This document shows positions 39,488-47,517 of a stretch of 64,000 nucleotides of DNA, one piece after another. Each line of letters starts with the position of its first letter. Positions within the stretch are counted from its first letter, which is position 1. Position numbers and translations under genes: made by a program. The DNA is from Candidatus Tayloriibacteriota bacterium (lineage in GTDB: Bacteria; Patescibacteriota; Minisyncoccia; Phycocordibacterales; PALSA-1337): assembly GCA_052034805.1 (NCBI GenBank), contig JBPOID010000007.1, positions 26,495 through 90,494 on the forward strand, given 5' to 3'. Below the pieces are notes generated by a model. The model made no database searches. It saw only the letters and a list, made by a program, of their open reading frames with translations, and was not told the DNA's origin.

Positions 39488-39835
39488 TTAATCGGTGCAC
39501 TTATTACAAGACCCTCGAACAGTAATATCTTCAACCTTATGACCCTTGATCGCTTTGTGGGGAATATGTATTTCTTCAACCTTTCCGCAATCATTGCAGA
39601 TGAAATGATCATGGCTTTCGTGAGCTGATTCATACGCCACAGACTTGTTATCAATCATCACTCTCTTTATCTTCTTGTCAGAGAGTAGTTGCTCGACATT
39701 GCGAAAGACTGTCGAATAATCGGCATCGGGAATAACTTTATGGATTTCAGCAATGGTCAAAAGATGCTTTTTCTTGAGCAATGTAAGTATATGTTCTTTG
39801 TATATGTTTGTTCTCATAATGCAAGTAATTTGCAT
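39488..39835 (-). CDS. Fur-family metalloregulator
   Basis: N-terminal winged helix, HESHDHFICNDCGKVEEI and a C-terminal CNKC. 4 nt upstream of the ATPase gene. Confidence 0.7.
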   Translation of the reverse strand: MQITCIMRTNIYKEHILTLLKKKHLLTIAEIHKVIPDADYSTVFRNVEQLLSDKKIKRVMIDNKSVAYESAHESHDHFICNDCGKVEEIHIPHKAIKGHKVEDITVRGSCNKCTD

Positions 39836-39900
39836 AATAAACTAAGACAAGAGAAAAGTAAAGTTCCAGATAATGCAGGAAAATGATAAAATGACACAAC

Positions 39901-41067
39901 ATGACACGATTACACAAAATTACGCTTGGTATGCTTTTTGCACTCTGCCTCGTATCTCCAGTATTGGTGCAGGCTCAAGAACTCATTCAGGATAAGGTAG
40001 ATATTATTCGAGCAAAGGTGCTTGAAATTGTAAAAGAAGAAGTTAAAAATGTTCCCGGAACAGATATTCGATCACAAAATCAGACAATCAAGGTTGAAAT
40101 TCTCGAAGGAAATGAAAAAGGAAAACAGCTCACCGTCGATAACGATTACTTAAATCTAGATGTTGGAGAAGTCTTTTATTTGAGACATCAATATGGTGGT
40201 ATGGATGGGACTAACTATTATTCAGTCGATGAACCGTATCGTCTACCTCATGTACTCATTCTCGTAGCTCTTTTTATAATTGCTATTTTTGTATTTGGTG
40301 GCATTCAAGGTGTGCGTGGACTGGTGAGTCTTGTCGGTAGTTTTCTTTTGATTATGTACGTGCTCTTGCCTGGAATACTGCATGGATATTCGCCACTCTT
40401 AGTAACGATAGGTGTGTCTTCGCTCATTATCATCGTCGGATCATATATCACGCATGGTTTTAACAAGACGACAAGCTCGGCGGTTCTAGGAATGGTTATC
40501 ACCGTTATCATCACCGGACTTCTTGCTGTCTGGGCGGTCCATTTCACTCGACTCAGTGGCTTCGGTTCAGAAGAAGTTACTTATCTCAATCTAAATACGA
40601 GAGGTACACTCGATGTGATCGGACTTCTCCTTGGTGGAATCATGATTGGTCTCCTCGGGGTGCTCTATGACGTAGCTATTGGTCAGGCGATTTCAGTTGA
40701 GGAGTTGATTCGCATTGCGCCTCATGTACCAAAGAAAACTATATATCAACGAGCGATCCGTATCGGCCGAGAGCATATCGGGGCACTCGTGAACACTCTT
40801 GCCATAGCCTATGTCGGTGCATCCTTGCCACTTCTGCTTTTGTTCGTCCAAACATCGACTTCGAGTCTTGCTAATATTGCTAACAGAGAAATATTTGCCA
40901 CAGAGATCGTCCGTACCATGATCGGTAGTATTGGCCTTATCTTGGCCGTACCTATTACAACCTTTGTGGCCGTTTGGTTGCTTATGAGTACGAAGAAGAA
41001 CAATGTATCGCAGGAAAAACTACAGCAAGAACAAGAGGCGCTGGAACATGCCGGGCATCATCATTAA
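39901..41067 (+). CDS. Polytopic membrane protein, possibly YibE/F-like
   Basis: Signal peptide, about 100-aa extracytoplasmic domain, then 7-8 TM helices. His-rich C-terminus (HAGHHH). Confidence 0.35.
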   Translation: MTRLHKITLGMLFALCLVSPVLVQAQELIQDKVDIIRAKVLEIVKEEVKNVPGTDIRSQNQTIKVEILEGNEKGKQLTVDNDYLNLDVGEVFYLRHQYGGMDGTNYYSVDEPYRLPHVLILVALFIIAIFVFGGIQGVRGLVSLVGSFLLIMYVLLPGILHGYSPLLVTIGVSSLIIIVGSYITHGFNKTTSSAVLGMVITVIITGLLAVWAVHFTRLSGFGSEEVTYLNLNTRGTLDVIGLLLGGIMIGLLGVLYDVAIGQAISVEELIRIAPHVPKKTIYQRAIRIGREHIGALVNTLAIAYVGASLPLLLLFVQTSTSSLANIANREIFATEIVRTMIGSIGLILAVPITTFVAVWLLMSTKKNNVSQEKLQQEQEALEHAGHHH

Positions 41068-41257
41068 TTTAGTATAGATATTGCACTAGATATAGGAACC
41101 TTTTGGAAGAGAAATTATGCCAACATTTGGCTATAAAATGAGAAGCAGGGTTTTTTTGGAATTGTGAGGATGAGCGAGTAAGATTATTTAATGGAATATA
41201 AACAGAAAACCCACCATCTCACGACAGGGGTTCCTGTGCTGAGTTGGTGGGCTATGA

Positions 41258-41665
41258 TTAGAAACGAAGGTCAATCCGTGGAGCTGTAAAAATGAAGCCG
41301 TCTGCAGTCTGAAAGCAAACACATCCATTCACAGCAATACTCAAAGGTGTTTCGATAATCGTAACTTTTTGACCTTTTACGTATTCTTTCCACTCGTTGC
41401 CAACATATCGAACAACATTGCCAATCATCTTGTCTTCAAACCGAGTTGCAAATTGAATTGCTGTAGGTTTGTAGTCACGGATTTTTGCAATCTCTTCTTT
41501 GAGCTCTGGATACAGGCGCTCCATTTCAAGGAGACCGTTGTCGCAGAGATGGTGTCTGACTGAGTTCCAAAGGAACTTTGTTTCCTCGCTTAGCATATCA
41601 ATGTCTTTTCTGGTTGGTTGTTTAATTATGAAAATTGCTACTAAATGTAGTAATATCACATACAA
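41258..41665 (-). CDS. Hypothetical protein (true start probably the internal Met, MLSEETK)
   Basis: 135-aa ORF at the edge of the GC-enriched block. Confidence 0.3.
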   Translation of the reverse strand: MYVILLHLVAIFIIKQPTRKDIDMLSEETKFLWNSVRHHLCDNGLLEMERLYPELKEEIAKIRDYKPTAIQFATRFEDKMIGNVVRYVGNEWKEYVKGQKVTIIETPLSIAVNGCVCFQTADGFIFTAPRIDLRF

Positions 41666-41684
41666 ATAAATATGTCAAGTATTG

Positions 41685-41703
41685 GCTCCGCGACCAGGGC
41701 TCG
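41685..41703. repeat. 19-nt exact direct repeat of the tRNA-Asn 3' end (att-like site)
   Basis: gctccgcgaccagggctcg is identical to 43197..43215, which covers the discriminator, 3' acceptor strand and T-stem of the tRNA at 43198..43270. Confidence 0.8.
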
Positions 41704-41736
41704 GTCATTATGAATTGTAGGAAAGTAAAAATGGAA

Positions 41737-42168
41737 CTAAGACTCAGGAATTTGTTTCTTGTGTATAAATGATACAAAAGAAAAGATAACAGAAGATATA
41801 ACGCTAAGTGGCATCAAGGTTCTCCATATTGAATCCATTATAAGACCGTACTGAGGCATTGTTCCTCCGAATTGATAAGGAGTGAATATCATGATTACAT
41901 AAGAAACTAGCATACCGATAACAAGAATAAAGAAAGAAATCTTGCTCATTAGGGTGATTTTATTTTTGAATGCACAATAAATATAAAATATACCAAGATA
42001 AAGAGCTGTGATTGGAGCAAATAGTCGAGCGAAATATTGAGGATTGGTTATATGGGCAACTGAATATGAAAAATCATCATAAAACCAACTAAACATAATT
42101 ACACCAAAAATTATTAATGCTAAACCAAATAAATAGTGAAAAAATTTAATCATGGATTTATTATACAT
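41737..42168 (-). CDS. Hypothetical membrane protein (4 TM)
   Basis: 143 aa, hydrophobic, AT-rich. Confidence 0.4.
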   Translation of the reverse strand: MYNKSMIKFFHYLFGLALIIFGVIMFSWFYDDFSYSVAHITNPQYFARLFAPITALYLGIFYIYCAFKNKITLMSKISFFILVIGMLVSYVIMIFTPYQFGGTMPQYGLIMDSIWRTLMPLSVISSVIFSFVSFIHKKQIPES

Positions 42169-42329
42169 CCTTATGAATTGATCATCAATTATAAACTGTG
42201 CTCACAACGCTCCGTCTTTCTCGCCCTGATTCGTAGTAAAAATAGAAAACCCACCTATTTTATGATAGGAGGATTTTCTATTGAAATAGTTAAAAACTGA
42301 TGTTTTTTTAGGAAATCAATAATTCAAAA

Positions 42330-42854
42330 CTAATTTCTATAATCCGTCCAGTATTCTCCAGTATCTATAGATTTAATACAATATTTTTTGTATTCTCCAG
42401 TATTATCACAAATATTTTTATCTTTTTTTAAGAATGCTATTTTTGCAAAACATTCTCTATAGTGTCTTTCTCCAGAAGGGAGGTTGTAACATATATTTTC
42501 ATCTTTCAAATCATATGCTACAGATTGATAACATAATTCACTTGATTGAGTGTTCTGTGTTACTACAGTTTGTTTGCAAGCTTTAATATCTTTAAATTTA
42601 ATACCATAATCTGAGAAGCAATCATTTTTTACTTCAGGTATTAGATTACAAACATTCATATCTTTTAAGCTTATTGCTTCTCCAGAAAGACATTCTCCTT
42701 TATATTTTTCATTACTACATTTTTTAATTATTCTTTCACTTACATTATCTCCAGTCTCTTGTCGAATACCTAATGGTATGTTTTTTGATTTATATAAATA
42801 AAGACCACCCACAATAATTAATAAAATTATTGGAACTAAAATTATTTTTTTCAT
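42330..42854 (-). CDS. Secreted/anchored cysteine-rich repeat protein
   Basis: N-terminal signal/TM MKKIILVPIILLIIVGGLYLY followed by repeated C-x(n)-C units (14 Cys in 150 aa). Confidence 0.45.
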   Translation of the reverse strand: MKKIILVPIILLIIVGGLYLYKSKNIPLGIRQETGDNVSERIIKKCSNEKYKGECLSGEAISLKDMNVCNLIPEVKNDCFSDYGIKFKDIKACKQTVVTQNTQSSELCYQSVAYDLKDENICYNLPSGERHYRECFAKIAFLKKDKNICDNTGEYKKYCIKSIDTGEYWTDYRN

Positions 42855-42949
42855 TTATTTTTTACTAATAGAATTATAATACGACTCTTTAATTATAATT
42901 TATTTTAGATTATAAGTAAAAAGAGATAATTATTTTTTTAAATTTATCC

Positions 42950-43192
42950 TTAAATAGTAGCAAGATATATCTGAACAGTACCAATACCAATTGAAACAAT
43001 GATCGCAACTATTGCTAAATATAGAGATGATTTTGCAAAACGTTCGGAAGATTCTTCATTTTTCAATGCTAACCTTCTAAGTAGTTCATATTGAGAGAGT
43101 ACACCGAAACTAGGGTCTGAATTATTAATTATTTGAAATAATTCCTCTTCATTAAGTTTTCTCACATCTTTACCAAAATTTGTATTATTCAT
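42950..43192 (-). CDS. Small tail-anchored hypothetical protein (shortened from ORF 42950..43366)
   Basis: The long ORF reads through the tRNA gene. The start is moved to MNNTNFGK immediately downstream of the tRNA. C-terminal TM helix. Confidence 0.35.
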   Translation of the reverse strand: MNNTNFGKDVRKLNEEELFQIINNSDPSFGVLSQYELLRRLALKNEESSERFAKSSLYLAIVAIIVSIGIGTVQIYLATI

Positions 43193-43197
43193 TTCTG

Positions 43198-43270
43198 CTC
43201 CGCGACCAGGGCTCGAACCTGGGACATCCTCGTTAACAGCGAGGCGCTCTACCAACTGAGCTATCGCGGA
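43198..43270 (-). tRNA. tRNA-Asn (anticodon GTT)
   Basis: Reverse complement folds as a cloverleaf. Acceptor TCCGCGA/TCGCGGA, D-arm GCTCAGTTGGTAGAGC, anticodon stem CCTCG/CGAGG with loop CTGTTAA, T-arm CCAGGTTCGAGCCCTGG. No CCA encoded. Confidence 0.85.
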
Positions 43271-43307
43271 ATATCCTCTTTTAAAGAGTATTGCTATAAT
43301 AGCAAAT

Positions 43308-43520
43308 ATGTATATAAAAGTGAAGGTTATAACAGAATCAAGGAAAGAAGAAATAAAAAAAGTCAAAGATGATCATTATGATATATCCATAAGAGAAAAA
43401 GCAGAAAATAATAAAGCAAATAATAGAATATTAGAAATCTTTAGAGATTTATATCCAAATGTTTCTATAAAGATAATAAGCGGTCATCATTCTCCAAGTA
43501 AAATATTAAGCATTGATTAG
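43308..43520 (+). CDS. DUF167 (YggU-like) family protein
   Basis: IKVKVITESRKEEI...ANNRILEIF...ISGHHSPSKILSI matches the UPF0235 pattern ending G..S..K. Confidence 0.5.
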   Translation: MYIKVKVITESRKEEIKKVKDDHYDISIREKAENNKANNRILEIFRDLYPNVSIKIISGHHSPSKILSID

Positions 43521-43588
43521 CACCAAATCAGTAGCTATTATCGTATACTCTAGTATAATTATTTATATAAAAGATAATAAACAAAACT

Positions 43589-43969
43589 ATGAATATAAAC
43601 ATAAAGAATACAAATATGGTTTTGACAGCAGAATTGAGTTCATATTTAGACAAAAGGGTAAAGGTTATTGAGAAATTTTTCAGTCATGATCCTAGTGCAA
43701 AATGCGATATAGAACTTGCAAAGACTACAGAACATCATAAAAATGGTGATATATATCGTGCAGAAATACATATAACAGCAAAGAATAAAAATCATTATGC
43801 TAGTGCCGAAGAAGTAGATATACATAATGCTATAGATATAGTAAAGGATGAAATATTAAGAGAAATAAAATCTCAAAAAGAAAAGAAAATATCTATTGTA
43901 AGAAAAGGTGGCGCAAAGGTAAAAAATATAATAAAAGGATTATTACCAAGCAATAAGAAAAATAAATAA
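43589..43969 (+). CDS. hpf: Ribosome hibernation promoting factor / RaiA family
   Basis: MNINIKNTNMVLTAELSSYLDKRVKVIEKF...YRAEIHI...VDIHNAIDIVKDEILREI follows the beta-alpha-beta-beta-beta-alpha HPF layout. Confidence 0.65.
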   Translation: MNINIKNTNMVLTAELSSYLDKRVKVIEKFFSHDPSAKCDIELAKTTEHHKNGDIYRAEIHITAKNKNHYASAEEVDIHNAIDIVKDEILREIKSQKEKKISIVRKGGAKVKNIIKGLLPSNKKNK

Positions 43970-44144
43970 TTAAATGCCAGCCTTTTTTACTCAAAAAGTA
44001 AATCAATATTTATGTATAGCTCTTATATCTCTTATGACTTTTTGGGTTGTATTGTATTACTTTACTGTAAAGGCTGAAATTATAGGTGAAAATATAATAG
44101 CTTCAAATATTATTCATAATGAAGCCAAATAATATTTTGTAGTT

Positions 44145-45533
44145 TTATCTTAGGAAATCTTTATAAAGCATTTCCTTTTTACCTTCTGGTATTACTTTTT
44201 CTATGAAAAGCATTCCATCTTTATATGATGCTTTTGTTATTTTTACTCTTATATTTTTGTGAAAGAAAAAGGCAGATGGCCATGTATCATATGCTTGTAT
44301 TTTGAGATAATTTTTATATGGATCATCATTTAAATCTATTTTTCCATCTTCTTTTTCTATTTTATCTGTATATGTAGCTTTTGTATGATCTTGTTCTATT
44401 GCTTTTATTTTTCCATTTATCCAATCAGGTAATATTTCTACTAGGAGATCACTACCAGTTTCTACTAGAGCTTTACCTAATACATCTTTCTTTGGTGGCC
44501 ATGGTTCTACTGAGATTTCTTTTGAAGCTACTATAGGTCCATGATCCATTTCACTATCTATACTCATTATAGTTACTCCAGTCTTCCTATCATCAGAAAG
44601 TATTGCACTTTCTATAGGGCAAGAACCACGATATTTGGGTAATAGGGAAGCATGAATATTCAGAGTTTTTGCTTTTGGTATATTTATTATATTATCGGGT
44701 ATTATTTTCCCATAGGCGATAACGACGAATACATCACAATTGTATTTCTTTAATTCCTTTTCTAATTCTTTATTATCTCTTAATTTTACTGGTTGTATTA
44801 CTGGTATATTATGTTCATTTGCCCAAACTTTTGCTTCGGATGCTGTTATATTTAGATTTCTACCTTTTGGTTTATCTGGTGAAGTTACTACGAAAGAAAT
44901 ATGGAATCCTGCTTTATATAATTTCTCCAAGGTTATTGTGGAATAATACGGTGTACCGAAGAATCCTATTTTTATTTTATTATTAGGTCCTTTTCTTGTT
45001 TCTATTTTTTCAAGAATTATTTCTTCACCTTCTGGTGGGGAATCTTTCACATGATAGGCATTATCTATAAATAATATTCCATTCAAATGATCTATTTCAT
45101 GTTGGAATACTTGAGCCAATATTCCACTAGCACCTCTTTCTATCTTTTCTCCTTTTTCATTGTATGCTTTTATTATTACCTTTTTTGCCCTTTTCATCAT
45201 TCCGTATTTCCATCTTACGGAAAGACAACCTTCTTCTACTTCTTGTTTTTCTTTTGAGATTTTCAATATTTCTGGATTTATGAAAATAAGATCAGATCCA
45301 TCGCCTTTGTATTTCTTATCTGCAGATTTTAATACTTCTCCAGATACTACGAATATTCTAAGACTTTCTCCTATCTGAGGTGCGGCTATGGCTATACCGT
45401 CATCTTGACTCTTTAGGGCTATTTTCATATCCTCGATAATTTCTTTTATTTTTGTAGAATTCATCTCGGCAACAGTTAAAGCCTTTGCTTTTTTTCTCAA
45501 GACTTCATTACCATTTTGAACTATATTTCTCAT
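44145..45533 (-). CDS. Fusion protein: peptide deformylase (N-terminal) + methionyl-tRNA formyltransferase (C-terminal)
   Basis: Def motifs GIAIAAPQIG, EGCLSV, HEIDHLNG in residues 1-165. Fmt N-domain FGTPYYS...NIHASLLPKYRGSCPIESAIL and C-domain follow in the same frame with no stop. Confidence 0.8.
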   Translation of the reverse strand: MRNIVQNGNEVLRKKAKALTVAEMNSTKIKEIIEDMKIALKSQDDGIAIAAPQIGESLRIFVVSGEVLKSADKKYKGDGSDLIFINPEILKISKEKQEVEEGCLSVRWKYGMMKRAKKVIIKAYNEKGEKIERGASGILAQVFQHEIDHLNGILFIDNAYHVKDSPPEGEEIILEKIETRKGPNNKIKIGFFGTPYYSTITLEKLYKAGFHISFVVTSPDKPKGRNLNITASEAKVWANEHNIPVIQPVKLRDNKELEKELKKYNCDVFVVIAYGKIIPDNIINIPKAKTLNIHASLLPKYRGSCPIESAILSDDRKTGVTIMSIDSEMDHGPIVASKEISVEPWPPKKDVLGKALVETGSDLLVEILPDWINGKIKAIEQDHTKATYTDKIEKEDGKIDLNDDPYKNYLKIQAYDTWPSAFFFHKNIRVKITKASYKDGMLFIEKVIPEGKKEMLYKDFLR

Positions 45534-45569
45534 ACTAATACTATACTTATTACTAGGCTTTATGGCAAA

Positions 45570-47501
45570 TTATAATAAATTCTCTGGATCAACTTTTATT
45601 GATACAGCGGGGGATAGGGAAATGAGCTTTTCTAATAGAACTCTATCAATCCATTTATCATTTTTCATTCTTATTAGTCCGTGTAATACATATTTTCCCC
45701 TAACTGTATGTGTGAATGCTGGGAAAACCTCGACTTCATAAGGATCTAATATATTTTGGGCTATTTCCATTTCTTTTACTATTTCATCTTTATTTCCTTC
45801 TAATGTAAGTTTTATTAGAGTTGAATATGGTGGATAATTGAATTTTTCTCTTTCAGAGATTGTGTCTTTATAGAAATCATTTGTATTACCTTTCATTCCA
45901 TATTCGAATATTTTCTCATCACTTTTTCTTGTTTGTACTATAAAGTCTCTAGTAGTTAATGATCTCATCTTTATTAGTATTTGTAGTATTTTTTCTTGTA
46001 TGCGGAAATCAGGTATTGAGAATAGAGAATCTAGGGATATTATTACAGAGTTTTCTATTTTATCATGCATATATTGAAGCATCATTTCTGTACCGAGTAA
46101 TATACTTCCTGGTTTATTGCGATATTTCTGCAATACCATTTTTGCTATTTTTTCATTTGGTGTATTCTGTGAATCTATACGGAAAACTTCTATATCTTTG
46201 AATTTATCTTTTATTTTCTCTTCTACCATATCTATACCTATTCCCAATACTGCTAGTTTCCAACTACCGCATACTTTGCAATATTCTTCTGTTGATCTTC
46301 TTTCTCCACATCTATGACACATGAAATAGCTTTTTTCTTCTCCTGTCCCTGATTTTATTTTATGAACTATAACTGGCAAACTACATTTATTACATGTGAC
46401 TATATTCTGACAATCTCCACATACTGTAGTTGGTGCTATACCACGACGTAATGCGAATATCATCATTCTTTCACTTTGATCTTTTGTTCTCTGTATTAGT
46501 TCTTCTACTTCTTTTGAAATTATTTTGAAACTAGAAATTTCTTCTTTATTTTCTGTACTTTTCTTTACTCCATATCCTTTCATATCTATCAATGTATCTT
46601 TCGATGTGGAAAGTGATCTAAATTTGAAAGGTGATCCTTCTACTATTTCTCCTTTATTTTTCCTATACAATGTTTCTATTCTAAGGAAATTATCTGAGAA
46701 AAATATTTTCACATTTCTTTTTTCTGCTACTATTTCGGCATAATGTCTCATATCTATATATGGTCTATGTAATGTTTTGTATGCACGACTACTTTCTTTC
46801 TCTACTATTATTGTATCTATATCGTTTCTAGGTATTACTAGGAAAGCTCCAGTCGAAATCACTACTATAGGATGTTCTTCTTTCATCACTGTATTCCATG
46901 TTTCTATCATTTTCTTTTCACCCAGAGAGCTATGAAGTATAAAGGCATAACCTTCTATGCCTTTCTCGAGCATTGAAAAGGCATAATCTGCTTCTTCTAT
47001 AGTAGGGAATAGGAAAAATAAACTTTTCTTTTTTGCGAATTCTTGGCGTATTAGACTTTTCCAATTCCCATAGCGTTCTTCATCATCTCCTTGTATGGCG
47101 TATTTATCTTTCTTGGTTTTATTTGTATTTGTCGAAATCTTTTTGTCTTTTGTTTTTAATTTATTTATATTTTTTAGAATATATTCTGGGATTATTGTAT
47201 TTATTATGCTACCCATATTGCTACAATAATAATCCGCCATATCCTTTACTATATCCATAAAATAATCAGGGAAGAATTCATCGCTTTTTACCTCCCCTAA
47301 TTTCTTCAAAGCAAAAGGACTTTTCTTTATTTCACTTTTCATTTCTAATGCTTCTTTTTTGGAAATAACTATTCCTTTTATAATCTTTTTTCTGAGTGGA
47401 ATATTCACTATAGAGCCAATATTTATATTCTGATCGGTGAAATATGATAATGTTTTCACTCCAACTGTCTTTGCTATTGGAATTACTTCTATAATAAACA
47501 T
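45570..47501 (-). CDS. Primosomal protein N' (PriA)-like with degenerate helicase motifs
   Basis: PriA-like N-terminal 3'BD (MFIIEVIPIAKTVGVKTLSYF...GIVIS) and Cys4-Cys4 zinc region (CGDCQNIVTCNKC...CHRCGERRS...CKVCG). No GxxxxGK[ST] Walker A. The DEEH position reads VEKE. Confidence 0.55.
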   Translation of the reverse strand: MFIIEVIPIAKTVGVKTLSYFTDQNINIGSIVNIPLRKKIIKGIVISKKEALEMKSEIKKSPFALKKLGEVKSDEFFPDYFMDIVKDMADYYCSNMGSIINTIIPEYILKNINKLKTKDKKISTNTNKTKKDKYAIQGDDEERYGNWKSLIRQEFAKKKSLFFLFPTIEEADYAFSMLEKGIEGYAFILHSSLGEKKMIETWNTVMKEEHPIVVISTGAFLVIPRNDIDTIIVEKESSRAYKTLHRPYIDMRHYAEIVAEKRNVKIFFSDNFLRIETLYRKNKGEIVEGSPFKFRSLSTSKDTLIDMKGYGVKKSTENKEEISSFKIISKEVEELIQRTKDQSERMMIFALRRGIAPTTVCGDCQNIVTCNKCSLPVIVHKIKSGTGEEKSYFMCHRCGERRSTEEYCKVCGSWKLAVLGIGIDMVEEKIKDKFKDIEVFRIDSQNTPNEKIAKMVLQKYRNKPGSILLGTEMMLQYMHDKIENSVIISLDSLFSIPDFRIQEKILQILIKMRSLTTRDFIVQTRKSDEKIFEYGMKGNTNDFYKDTISEREKFNYPPYSTLIKLTLEGNKDEIVKEMEIAQNILDPYEVEVFPAFTHTVRGKYVLHGLIRMKNDKWIDRVLLEKLISLSPAVSIKVDPENLL

Positions 47502-47517
47502 GGTATTGTATTATGAT

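Noticed and set aside
42950-43366. Full-length 138-aa ORF from the track
   Set aside because: Its N-terminal 58 codons read straight through the tRNA-Asn gene (GYSAIAQLVERLAVNEDVPGSSPGRGAE is translated tRNA). Only the part downstream of the tRNA (from MNNTN) is retained.
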